Shown piece after piece: positions 18,438-27,449 of a DNA stretch of 64,000 nt. The stretch's first letter is position 1. Each line of letters starts with the position of its first letter. The stretch is from an uncultured Thermoleophilia bacterium. Its GTDB lineage: Bacteria; Actinomycetota; Thermoleophilia; UBA2241. The notes beneath the pieces were generated by a model. It was not told the origin of the DNA. It saw only the letters and a list, made by a program, of their open reading frames with translations, and did no database searches. The translations under genes were made by a program, and so were the position numbers. The stretch lies in the NCBI GenBank assembly GCA_963702475.1, contig CAVPCT010000005.1, forward strand, positions 832,001-896,000, read 5' to 3'.

Positions 18438-18559
18438 CAGGGTGCCTCCCTGTCAGAGGTCCGCAGCACCTCGGGGATGTGGAAGCGCTGGAACCAGCGC
18501 TCGGCCGCGGGCAGATCGTCCAGGTCCTGCAGGTGGTGGAGCACGAAGGTCTTGACCAC
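18437..18559 (-). CDS. Small 40-aa ORF translationally coupled to the Mo enzyme (possible EthD/chalcone-isomerase-fold remnant)
   Basis: AGGAG RBS, GTG start, MVKTFVLHHLQDLDDLPAAERWFQRFHIPEVLRTSDREAP, TGATG overlap with the downstream ATG; high GC3. Below the ORF-track cutoff. Confidence 0.6.
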   Translation of the reverse strand: MVKTFVLHHLQDLDDLPAAERWFQRFHIPEVLRTSDREAP

Positions 18560-19060
18560 GAGGCGGCTCCTGGGCGTCGAAGGTCACGCAGTGCGGTGGC
18601 GGAGCAGGTCGACCTTGCCGCATGCGAGCGGGGAATGCAACGCGACCGAGACGCCGACCGGCGCCGGACGCAGAAGCGCCGGTGTGAACTGGCGGGTCAC
18701 ACCGGCGCCTCTGGAGGCGGCACGCCATCCAGGAAGGAGGAGGTCGGCCTTCCTGGGCGGCGACCCGGCTCAGTGGGGGCACACTGTTCACGCTGCCGGG
18801 CGTAGTGACGGTGAGGGGGAGACCGCCACTGCCGTTCTCTGTCTTGGGCCGCAGTCTGCCCCCCGGTTGTTAAGCCCGTGCGACGGGATTGTGGAGCCAG
18901 GTTGCGTTCGTGTTGCGGGCCTCGCAGGTCGTACGGCACTGCCGCGAGCTGCGGTCGCGGCACTCGCGAGCGTGCCGGGGGCCACCTCGCCGTCCCTTCC
19001 CGAACGCGCGGGGGGAAGCCCCCGGCCGGCGCCCCCGAGGTGCTAGAGTCGACCTCGCCC

Positions 19061-20269
19061 ATGGCCGTCGCGACTCACACCGGCTCCCGCCGCACCCTGT
19101 TCTCGCTGACCACGGGCCACCTCACCGCCGATCTCTGCGCGGGGGCGCTCTGGGCGCTCCTGCCGTTCCTCGTGGTCGAGCGCCACTACAGCTACGCGGC
19201 CGCGGGCGTCTTCGCGCTCGTGATCAGCGTGACGCACGCCGCCGTACAGCCGCTGGTGGGGGCTCAAGGCGACCGCTGGGACAGCATGCCGCTGCTCGGC
19301 GCCGGCCTCGTGGTGACCGGGATCGGCATCGGCGTGGTGGGGTTCGTCTACAGCTTCCCCCTGACGCTGCTCGCGGCGGCGCTGTGCAGCATCGGCGTGG
19401 CCGCCTACCACCCGGAGGCGGCACGCTGGGCGCGCCGGGCCGCAGGCGCCAAGGTCGCACTCGACATGAGCCTGTACTCGGTGGGCGGCAGCGCCGGCTA
19501 CGCGCTCGGCCCGCTCGTGGTCGCGGCGGTGCTCACGCCGCTGGGCCTGCACGGCACGCTCGTCATCGCCGCGGTGCCGCTCGCGGGCGCGGTGGTGGTG
19601 CTCACGTCCGTGAGCCGTTTCCGCGCCAGCGACCTGCATGCCCGCTCGCAGGCCAGGCGCATGGAGACGATGGCCTGCGAGTGGCGCCCCTTCGCCCTCT
19701 TCGTCGCCATGTTCTCCGTCTCTTCCGGCATCGCCACCGGACTGATGACCTTCGTGCCGCTGTACCTCGTGGACGCCCGCGGCGCGACACCCGCCGCCGC
19801 GAACGTGATGACGAGCGTGCTGCTGGCCGCGGCGGCCGCCGGCACGGTGCTCGGCGGCTACTTCTCGCACCACCTCGGAAGGCGGTCCGTGCTCGTGGCG
19901 CCACAGCTCCTCTTCGTCCCGACGATCGCGCTCCTGCCGCTCGTCGCCGGCTGGGCGATCGTGCCGCTGGTGGCCCTGGCCGGCGTGTGCTCGAGCGCCA
20001 ACATGGCGGTGGCGGTGGTCACGGCGCAGGAGTACCTGCCTTCGCGCATGGGGCTGGCCACGGGCCTCACGATGGGCGTCTGCGGCGGCGTGGGCGGCCT
20101 CATCGTGGCCGCGCTCGGGCCGCTCGGCGACGCGGCCGGCCCGGCGGCCGTGCTCTACGTGCTCGCCGCTCTCCCGCTGGCGGTCGCCGTGCTCGCCGCG
20201 CTCCTGCCGCGGCCGGCCGCCTGCCCGGACGACGCCATCTGGAGCCTCCGCGTGCACGCCCCGCGCTGA
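19061..20269 (+). CDS. MFS transporter (Fsr/fosmidomycin-resistance-like)
   Basis: GHLTADLCAGALWALLP, QPLVG, AAYHPEA, VGGSAGYALGP, AQEYLPSRMGLATG. Confidence 0.9.
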   Translation: MAVATHTGSRRTLFSLTTGHLTADLCAGALWALLPFLVVERHYSYAAAGVFALVISVTHAAVQPLVGAQGDRWDSMPLLGAGLVVTGIGIGVVGFVYSFPLTLLAAALCSIGVAAYHPEAARWARRAAGAKVALDMSLYSVGGSAGYALGPLVVAAVLTPLGLHGTLVIAAVPLAGAVVVLTSVSRFRASDLHARSQARRMETMACEWRPFALFVAMFSVSSGIATGLMTFVPLYLVDARGATPAAANVMTSVLLAAAAAGTVLGGYFSHHLGRRSVLVAPQLLFVPTIALLPLVAGWAIVPLVALAGVCSSANMAVAVVTAQEYLPSRMGLATGLTMGVCGGVGGLIVAALGPLGDAAGPAAVLYVLAALPLAVAVLAALLPRPAACPDDAIWSLRVHAPR

Positions 20270-20334
20270 CGCGCGCGGCCACGACCGCAGCGGGCCGGCC
20301 ACCTCGGGCCGGTCAGGTGTTCACGCTTCGGCCG

Positions 20335-20679
20335 TCACTGTGGCCGGCACTCCGCGCGCGCGCACCTGTCGGTCACGAAGAGCTTGTACTTCTCGAGGTC
20401 GCGCTCCAGCGTCGCCTGGGCGCGCGCGACCTCCTGCTCGGCCGTCGCGTGCGTCCGCGGCGTGTAGTCGAGCTCCACCGAGACCCTCACGAGGCGCTCG
20501 CCCTCCGTGGAGAGATCGACCTTGCCGGCGGCGATGTCGTCCTCGTCGATGAGGGGCTCCACGTCGGTGAGGCCCCGCGTGTACCCGCTGAGCAGCGACT
20601 TCAGCACGAACTCGCTCCACTCCAGATCTGCGAACTCGAGTGGGACGTCGACCTCGACGGATGCCTGGATGATCGCCAT
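20335..20679 (-). CDS. Hypothetical protein, SRPBCC/cyclase-like
   Basis: GGAGG RBS; MAIIQASVEVDVP...W.EF...DLEKYKLFV resembles short polyketide-cyclase/SRPBCC proteins. Confidence 0.6.
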   Translation of the reverse strand: MAIIQASVEVDVPLEFADLEWSEFVLKSLLSGYTRGLTDVEPLIDEDDIAAGKVDLSTEGERLVRVSVELDYTPRTHATAEQEVARAQATLERDLEKYKLFVTDRCARAECRPQ

Positions 20680-20827
20680 GACGCCTCCCTCCATCTCGAC
20701 ACGCCCCCCATGGAAGAGGGACCGTAGAGACAGTCTCCCCGCCGCGTGACGTTCTTACATCCTGTGGTTCGCCTCCTCCCGCGTTCGCGCGGTGGTACCG
20801 TAGTCACCGCGCACCTGCCGGGAGGAG

Positions 20828-21481
20828 ATGACAGTGAGCGAGAGCGCGGGCACTGCCCGGATACGCGTCATGATCGTGGACGACCACGAACTGGTACGCA
20901 GCGGGCTCGAAGCCATCCTGGACGTGATCGACGATGTGGAGCTCGTGGCCGAGGCGGAGTCGGGCGAGGAGGCGGTCGCCCTGTGCGACGAGCTCCACCC
21001 CGACGTGGTGCTCATGGACCTCGTCATGCCGCGCATGGACGGCGCCACCGCCACGCGGGAGATCCTGAAGCGCCGTCCCGACACCAGGATCCTGGCCCTC
21101 ACGAGCTTCTCTGATCCGGCCATGATCCAGGAGGTGCTCAAGGCCGGCGCCATCGGCTGCCTGCTCAAGAACGTGACCTGCGACGATCTGACCCTGGCCA
21201 TCCGCCGAGCCCATGAGGGGTCGGCGACGCTCGCCCCCGAGGCCGCGGGCGTGCTGATCCACGCCGTGCGCACTCCGCCGGCGCCCGAGACGGCACTCAC
21301 GCCCCGCGAGCGCGAGGTGATGGGCCTGCTGGTGCAGGGGCTCACCAACAGCGAGATCGCCGAGCGTCTGGTAGTGAGCCTCTCCACGGTGAAGACGCAC
21401 GTGAGCAGCATCATCGCCAAGCTCGGAGCCTCCACGCGCACCGAGGCGGCGGCCATCGCCGTGCGCGACCGGCTCGTCTGA
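20828..21481 (+). CDS. NarL/FixJ-family response regulator (orphan)
   Basis: VMIVDDHELVR, VLMDLVMP, LTSF, LLKN; LTPREREV...TVKTHVSSIIAKLG HTH. Confidence 0.95.
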   Translation: MTVSESAGTARIRVMIVDDHELVRSGLEAILDVIDDVELVAEAESGEEAVALCDELHPDVVLMDLVMPRMDGATATREILKRRPDTRILALTSFSDPAMIQEVLKAGAIGCLLKNVTCDDLTLAIRRAHEGSATLAPEAAGVLIHAVRTPPAPETALTPREREVMGLLVQGLTNSEIAERLVVSLSTVKTHVSSIIAKLGASTRTEAAAIAVRDRLV

Positions 21482-21723
21482 CCGAGACGACTTCGGCGTC
21501 ACCGCGGGCGGAGCTCCCGCCCGGCCGGTGCGACGCCGGCGGCGTCGCTGGTCCAGCGACCCGTATCGGTCACCTGGCCGATGCCGGTCGGACCACACGG
21601 ACGAGGCAAAAGACCCTGCTCCCGGCCACGTTGAAGACCGTTCCACCGCCCGATGCGCGACGCCGCGCACGCGCCTATGGTGAGCGCGTGCTTGGCGTGG
21701 ACGGCGACGAGGAGTCGGGGCAC

Positions 21724-21960
21724 ATGACAGAGGTGAGGAATACGCTCAGTCGCGAGCAGGTCATGAGGACTGAGCGACGCGCGTGGGCGTGTGGCAACAA
21801 CACCGGCGGCCGCGACTACTCCTTCGACGGCATCAACTTCTGGCGGCACCGCGGCCGCGGGGATGCCGAGCTCGTCGCCCCGTGGCGAGCCCCGACGACG
21901 GGCTGGCGGCATCGCGCCGGCTGCACCTGCGGGGAGTGCTCCCCTCTGGCGGTGGCATGA
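21724..21960 (+). CDS. Small hypothetical protein with C-terminal H-x3-C-x-C-x2-C motif
   Basis: GAGGAG RBS; ends WRHRAGCTCGECSPLAVA; ATGA overlap with the next gene. Confidence 0.65.
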   Translation: MTEVRNTLSREQVMRTERRAWACGNNTGGRDYSFDGINFWRHRGRGDAELVAPWRAPTTGWRHRAGCTCGECSPLAVA

Positions 21961-22376
21961 TGAGCACGCGGATCTCGGGCAGTCTGGTGCGCGGCGCCTC
22001 CGTCGCCCGGGCCGAGAGGGTCCGCACCTACGCCGGCGGCCGCATCTGCGCGGTCGAAGGCTGTCTCACCGTGCTGTCGATCTACAACCCGTCCCGGTTC
22101 TGCGGACTGCACGCGGCGCCGGACCGCTCCGGCGCCCGGCGCAAGCCCCTGCGCCCGCTGCGCCGAAGCAAGTGCGAACACTGCGGCACGGAGTTCGAGA
22201 CGACCAACCCGGTGCGCAAGTACTGCTCCGACCGCTGCCGGATGGCCGCGTTCGCGGCCCGCCAGCGGACTCCGGACGGCGCCCGGCCGCGCTCACGTGC
22301 ACCCAGTCGCGAGACGCCGCTCCCCCCCGGGCTCCTGAGGGCGGCCGGCGTCGGCAGGGACGTCGACGCCGCTTGA
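21957..22376 (+). CDS. Small double zinc-finger protein (C-terminal CGNR-like finger)
   Basis: RICAVEGCLTVLSIYNPSRFCGLH (C-x4-C-x12-C-x2-H) and CEHCGTEF...KYCSDRCRMAAF. Confidence 0.7.
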   Translation: MMSTRISGSLVRGASVARAERVRTYAGGRICAVEGCLTVLSIYNPSRFCGLHAAPDRSGARRKPLRPLRRSKCEHCGTEFETTNPVRKYCSDRCRMAAFAARQRTPDGARPRSRAPSRETPLPPGLLRAAGVGRDVDAA

Positions 22377-22381
22377 CCCCT

Positions 22382-22411
22382 CGCCGCGCCGCCACCGCAG
22401 GCGGCGCGGCG
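22382..22411. terminator. GC-rich hairpin between convergent genes
   Basis: CGCCGCGCCGCC-ACCGCA-GGCGGCGCGGCG, 12-bp perfect stem. Confidence 0.6.
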
Positions 22412-23320
22412 TCACGGCGGGCACTTGCCGCAGATGGAGCGGAACTGCATGGTGCTCAGGTACCGGTCGCCGCGGTCCGGCAGGAGGACGACGATCGTGC
22501 CGCCGTCGATCTCCGTGGCGATCTGCATGGCCACCGCCACGGCGGCGCCGCTCGACGAGCCCACGAAGAGTCCCTCGCGGCGCGCCAGCAGTTTCGTCAT
22601 CTCAAAGGCCTCGCCGTCGCTCACCAGCCGGCGGTCGTCCAGCTCCTCCGGCCGGAAGATGCCCGGCACCATGGACTCCGTCATGTTCTTGAGACCCTGG
22701 ATGGCGTGGCCCTCCACGGGCTCCACGCCCACCACCTTCACGCCGGGCACATGGGTCTTGAGGTACCGCCCGGTGCCCATGAGCGTGCCGGTGGTGCCCA
22801 TGCCGGCAACGAAGTAGTCCACCTCGCCGGCCGTCTGCGCGACGATCTCGGGACCGGTGCCCTCGACATGCGCCCTGGCGTTGTCGGGGTTCTCGTACTG
22901 GTTCGGCATGTAGTAGAGCTCCGGGAAGCGCTCGAGCAGGCGATGCGCCTCGTGGATGGCTCCGTCGATGCCCTCGTGCGCCGGCGTGAGGGTGACCTGG
23001 GCGCCGAGGCCCTGCAGGATCATGCTGCGCTCGGCGCTCACACACTCAGGCATGCAGAGATGGACCGGGTACCCTTTCGCCGCGCCGATCATGGCGATGG
23101 CGATGCCGGTGTTGCCCGAGGTGGGCTCGAGGATCGTCTTGCCCGGAGCCAGGTCGCCGCGCTCCTCGGCGTGGCCGATCATGCTGAGCGCCGGCCGGTC
23201 CTTGACGGACCCGCCGGGATTGGCGCCCTCGAGCTTGCAGAGCACGCGCACGCCGGGCTTGGGCGAGCTGTTCATCAGCTCGACCAGCGGCGTGTTGCCG
23301 ATGGCCTCGAGCAGATTCAC
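22412..23320 (-). CDS. cysM: PLP-dependent cysteine synthase (CysM-like)
   Basis: IGNTPLV, KLEGANPGGSVKDR (PLP Lys), EPTSGNTG, GMGTTGT, GSSSG, PDRGDRYLS; AAGGAG RBS. Confidence 0.9.
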   Translation of the reverse strand: MNLLEAIGNTPLVELMNSSPKPGVRVLCKLEGANPGGSVKDRPALSMIGHAEERGDLAPGKTILEPTSGNTGIAIAMIGAAKGYPVHLCMPECVSAERSMILQGLGAQVTLTPAHEGIDGAIHEAHRLLERFPELYYMPNQYENPDNARAHVEGTGPEIVAQTAGEVDYFVAGMGTTGTLMGTGRYLKTHVPGVKVVGVEPVEGHAIQGLKNMTESMVPGIFRPEELDDRRLVSDGEAFEMTKLLARREGLFVGSSSGAAVAVAMQIATEIDGGTIVVLLPDRGDRYLSTMQFRSICGKCPP

Positions 23321-23524
23321 GACGGGGCACGCTCCTTCGTCCGCAATCAGCCGGAGCGTCAATCCTACTCGACCGGGCCGCGGCGAGCCGTCACCACCAG
23401 AGGCCGCTGGCCGCGCACCAGGCCGGGACGACGAGCGAGACCGCCACCAGCGCGGCCGCCACGACGAGCGCACCGATGCGCCTGAGGAGCGGGTGACGGG
23501 CGTCGTCCCTCCGCAGGCCGCCTC

Positions 23525-24181
23525 TCATCCTTCGCCCTCCTGGGGCGCCGCGTCCACGGACGCCGCGTCCGGGAGCGTCGCGCCGGCGGCGGCCGCGGCG
23601 AGCGCGACGACAGCGCTCAGAGCGCCCCGCCGCACCTCCTCCGGGTCCTCTCCTCCGAGTCCGGCGCCATCGGCGAGCATGGGCTGCATGCCGGCCAGAC
23701 CGACGACGGCGGCGCCGACCGCCAGCGCGAGCAGGCGCGGGTCGACAGACGCCGTCCGCGCCGCCGGGTCCGCGTTGCGTTCGAACCAGTCGGCCAGAAG
23801 CCGCAGCGGGCGCAGCGGGGCCTCCTCGAGCAACCGCTCGGGAGCCAGACCATCGAGTTCGGCGCGGAGCATGAGCAGCAGGGAGGTGCGTCCCTCGCCG
23901 AGCAGGTAGGCGAAGGCCTCCTGCAGCGAGGCCAGCGATGCCGGCGCGGCGGCCTCCGGCGTCGCCATCGCGCCAAGGGCGCGGGCCTCGGCCAGCATGA
24001 TCGCCGCGACCATCTCGTCCTTGGTGCCGAAGTACCGGTGCACCAGCGCGTGGTTGACGCCTGCCGCCGCGGCGATCTGCCGCACACTCACCCCATCCAC
24101 ACCGTGCCGCGCGAACAGGTCACGCGCCGCGGCGAGGATCGCCCTACGGGTCACGCCCGAATCCCCTCGAGGGGCTCCCAT
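23525..24181 (-). CDS. TetR/AcrR-family transcriptional regulator
   Basis: ILAAARDLFARHGVDGVSVRQIAAAAGVNHALVHRYFGTK. Confidence 0.92.
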   Translation of the reverse strand: MGAPRGDSGVTRRAILAAARDLFARHGVDGVSVRQIAAAAGVNHALVHRYFGTKDEMVAAIMLAEARALGAMATPEAAAPASLASLQEAFAYLLGEGRTSLLLMLRAELDGLAPERLLEEAPLRPLRLLADWFERNADPAARTASVDPRLLALAVGAAVVGLAGMQPMLADGAGLGGEDPEEVRRGALSAVVALAAAAAGATLPDAASVDAAPQEGEG

Positions 24182-24209
24182 CTCTGCACTTCCTCTCGTC
24201 GCCAGGCGG

Positions 24210-24254
24210 ATTGTAGCCCTCCCGCCAGATACGCTACAGTCACCACGGGGTGAC
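24210..24254. promoter_or_regulatory. Back-to-back -10 elements and a palindrome between tetR and the MBL hydrolase
   Basis: TACAAT on minus (24215-24210), TACAGT on plus (24235-24240), palindrome GTCACC-ACGG-GGTGAC (24239-24254). Confidence 0.5.
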
Positions 24255-24273
24255 CAGCAACGGAGGGGAGCAC

Positions 24274-25626
24274 ATGGACCTTACCCGAAAGCAGTTCCTG
24301 GCCGGCAGCGGTGCGGTGGCCGGCGGGCTCTGGGCGGCCGGCGCGATGGGCGTGAACCCGCTGGCCGCCCAGCAGGCGATGGCCGCGGGCCGAGGCTTCG
24401 ATCCGGTCGCGCCTCCCGGCAGCCCCACCCTGCCTGAGATCGCCGACAGGCTCATGCACAACAACTGGTACATCCCCGTCGAGCCGCTGGCCGAGGACGA
24501 GATCCGCATCTCGTTCATGGGCACCGCCTTCGTCCCGCGCATCGCGCAGGCCGCCAACAGCGTGTTCATCGAGGTGGGCACCGGGCAGAGCTTCGTCTTC
24601 GACCTGGGCATGGGCACCCTCACCAAGTACCAGGCCATGGGCGTGCCGTACACGCGCATGCAGCACATCTTCATCACGCACCTGCACGCCGACCACATGA
24701 GCGATCTCACCGCCCTCTACTGCTTCGGGCCGCCGCACGGGCGCGTGACGCCGCTGCACATCTACGGGCCCAGCGGCCCCCGGCTCAACGGGGCGGTCTA
24801 CGCCAGGGAAGGCACCAAGGCGTTCTGCGAGGCGCTCTACGCCATGTGCACCTGGCACCGCGAGGCGTTCAGCTTCCTCCCCACCGACCTCTCGCCCACG
24901 GCGGAGAACCCGGATCCCGGCGGCGGCTTCGACATCGTGGCTCACGAGTTCGACTACCGCGGAGAAGGGGCAGACGCCGTCGCCTACCAGGACGACGACG
25001 TCACGATCACGCACTTCCCCGCCGCCCACGACCGCGACGGCTCCGTAAGCTACAAGCTCGAGTTCAAGGGCCAGAGCGTGGTGTTCAGCGGCGACACCAA
25101 GCCCACCACCTGGATGCCCAAGTACGCCAAGGGCGTCGACGTGCTCATCCACGAGATGGCGCTCACGCCCCAGACCTGGGTCGAGCACCAGTCGGACCTC
25201 TACCCCGGCGACGAAGGCTACGACGCCAATGTGGGCGGGGCGATGGAGGTGCAGGCCAACTCGCATACCCCGGAGAAGGCGTTCGGCCAGACCATGGCCA
25301 AGTGCAAGCCGGGCCTCGGAGTGATCACGCACTGCCACTTCAACCAGGACTGCTTCATCCCGGCGATGGACAAGGTGCGCACGTACTACGACGGACCGGT
25401 CGCCTGGGCCATCGACGGCATGGTGATCAACGTGAGGCCCGGCCACGACATCAAGCAGCGCATGTCGCTGATGCCCGACTTCGCCTGGGACCTGATGATC
25501 GCCCAGTACGGCACCGACGAGCTGGAGCCGCCCAAGTACAGCGGTCCGTTCGCGCAGTTCAGCGACTTCACCATGGACCACATCCCGGCTGAGTGGAAGA
25601 AGTGGCCGGTGGACAACACCGAGTGA
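24274..25626 (+). CDS. Tat-exported MBL-fold hydrolase (RNase Z/arylsulfatase-like)
   Basis: MDLTRKQFL Tat-like signal; FMGT, FDLG, THLHADH metal motif, AAH, FSGDT, LIHE, SHT, ITH. Confidence 0.88.
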   Translation: MDLTRKQFLAGSGAVAGGLWAAGAMGVNPLAAQQAMAAGRGFDPVAPPGSPTLPEIADRLMHNNWYIPVEPLAEDEIRISFMGTAFVPRIAQAANSVFIEVGTGQSFVFDLGMGTLTKYQAMGVPYTRMQHIFITHLHADHMSDLTALYCFGPPHGRVTPLHIYGPSGPRLNGAVYAREGTKAFCEALYAMCTWHREAFSFLPTDLSPTAENPDPGGGFDIVAHEFDYRGEGADAVAYQDDDVTITHFPAAHDRDGSVSYKLEFKGQSVVFSGDTKPTTWMPKYAKGVDVLIHEMALTPQTWVEHQSDLYPGDEGYDANVGGAMEVQANSHTPEKAFGQTMAKCKPGLGVITHCHFNQDCFIPAMDKVRTYYDGPVAWAIDGMVINVRPGHDIKQRMSLMPDFAWDLMIAQYGTDELEPPKYSGPFAQFSDFTMDHIPAEWKKWPVDNTE

Positions 25627-25691
25627 CGCGGCGCGAGGCGGCGGCCCGTCTCGCCCCTGTAGGACCGAGATAGTGCCCGGGCCGAGGCACG

Positions 25692-25729
25692 AGGGCCGGG
25701 CCGCCGCCGCGAGGCGGCGGCCCGGCCCT
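25692..25729 (+). terminator. Intrinsic terminator-like hairpin
   Basis: 17-bp perfect stem AGGGCCGGGCCGCCGCC with GCGA loop, downstream of the MBL gene. Confidence 0.7.
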
Positions 25730-25828
25730 TCGGTCGTTCAGGCCTCGGCCGAGGCAGCCAGGTGCGGGGTCATGGTTCCCGGGGAACAGCTTCTTCCGTG
25801 ACTATCCCCTCCAGTCGAGGAGTCTGAC

Positions 25829-26350
25829 ATGAGCGACGACAGCAAGTCCGCTGCGGGTGAGCGGGCAGATGCGGCCCGGCCCGGCGGCGCGCAGCCCGGC
25901 GCGGGCGACGACCGCCTCAGGCGGTTCGTGGTGTTCGTCAAGTCCGACGCGCGCACCGAAGCCGGCGAGCTGCCCGACGAGGCCTCGCTGGCCGCGATGA
26001 TCGCCTTCAACGACAAGCTCGTGGACGCCGGCGTGATGCTCCAGGGTGACGGCCTGCATGCGAGTGCCGCCGGCGCCAGGCTGCGCTTCTCCGGCGACAC
26101 GGTCGCGGTGGAGCACGGTCCGTTTCCCGAGCCCGAGAGGCTGGTGGCCGGCTTCTGGGTGATCCAGGCCCGCTCCCTGGAAGCGGCCATCGAGTGGATG
26201 AAGGACGCGCCGATGGGCGGCCCGGCGGAGCTCGAGATCAGGCCGGTGCTGGAGGCCGACGAGTTCGGCGAGGCGTACACGCCGGAGCTGCGCGCCAGGG
26301 AGGACGACCAGCAACGCCGGCTGGACGCCAGAACGCGCGGCGCCGGCTGA
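25829..26350 (+). CDS. YciI/DGPF-domain protein
   Basis: GDGLHAS, HGPFPEPERLVAGFWVI, LEIRP. Confidence 0.88.
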   Translation: MSDDSKSAAGERADAARPGGAQPGAGDDRLRRFVVFVKSDARTEAGELPDEASLAAMIAFNDKLVDAGVMLQGDGLHASAAGARLRFSGDTVAVEHGPFPEPERLVAGFWVIQARSLEAAIEWMKDAPMGGPAELEIRPVLEADEFGEAYTPELRAREDDQQRRLDARTRGAG

Positions 26351-26433
26351 GCGGGCCGGACCCCTGCCGGCGCCCGGAGTGGCCTGCCGCCTGCGTGGGC
26401 CGGCCCCCTGCCGGTGCCCGCAGGCCGGTCCGG

Positions 26434-27267
26434 CTACGCGCCGAACGCCAGCGTGGGCGCGTCGATGATGGTGGAGCCGCCGTCGGCCGTGATGACGGCG
26501 CCGGTGATGATCGAGGCTTCGTCGGACACGAGAAAGCGGCACACGGCGGCGATCTCCTCGGCGGTGGCGGGCCGGCCGAGCGGCACGTCCTTCGTCACCA
26601 GCGCGTAGGCCTCGTCGAGGGAGATGCCGTCGCGGTCCATGAGCGGCTGCATCTCCTCGTCGGCCATGGGCGTGCGCACCCACCCCGGGCAGACGGTGTT
26701 GACGCGCACGCCGCGCGGGCCGTAGTCCCTGGCGAGCGAACGGCAGAGGCCGATGAGCGCGTGCTTGGTGGTGATGTACGGGCACGCGTCGAGCCCGGCG
26801 TTGAGGCCGGCGATGGACGAGACGAGGACCATGCTGCCGCGGCTCGCCAGCAGGTGCGGCAGCGTCTCGCGCGCGACGACGAACGCCGTCGTGAGGTTGG
26901 CATCGAGCGACGCCCGCCAGGTGCGGTCGTCGGTCTCGAGCGCGCTGCCGTAGATGGCCGCGCCGGCGGCGGCCACCACGAAGTCGAGGCCACCGTACTC
27001 CTCCACGAGACGGCTCACCGCGGCGCGGACCTGGCCTGCGTCCGCGGCGTCGCAGGCCAGCGCCAGACCGCCGACCTCGGCGACGACCGTGTCCAGCCGT
27101 TCGCGGCGGCGTCCCATCACGGCGACGCGCGCGCCCTCCTGCGCGAAGCGCCGCGCGCAGGCCGCGCCGATGCCCGTGCCGCCGCCGGTGATCAGTGCGA
27201 CCTTGCCCCGCAGCGCCTCCGTCTGAGCGACGGCGACCGCGCCGCCGCCCGTCCGCTCGTCGCCCAT
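26434..27267 (-). CDS. Short-chain dehydrogenase/reductase
   Basis: TGGGTGIG, SS, YITTK (YxxxK), VNTVCPG, DGG. Confidence 0.92.
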   Translation of the reverse strand: MGDERTGGGAVAVAQTEALRGKVALITGGGTGIGAACARRFAQEGARVAVMGRRRERLDTVVAEVGGLALACDAADAGQVRAAVSRLVEEYGGLDFVVAAAGAAIYGSALETDDRTWRASLDANLTTAFVVARETLPHLLASRGSMVLVSSIAGLNAGLDACPYITTKHALIGLCRSLARDYGPRGVRVNTVCPGWVRTPMADEEMQPLMDRDGISLDEAYALVTKDVPLGRPATAEEIAAVCRFLVSDEASIITGAVITADGGSTIIDAPTLAFGA

Positions 27268-27449
27268 CTGCGCCTCCTCACGGTCAGTCCGGGCGCCATC
27301 GCGACGGCGCCCTCGCGGGTGTCATCCTAAGCTGCCGGACGCGGGCGTGGTCAATGCCGGGCGCGGAGGCACGACCGCCGCGCGGTTCGGCCGGCGCCCG
27401 CGCGGGAAGGATGCGCCCGGCTCGGCAGACCGTACACGGAGGGGACACG

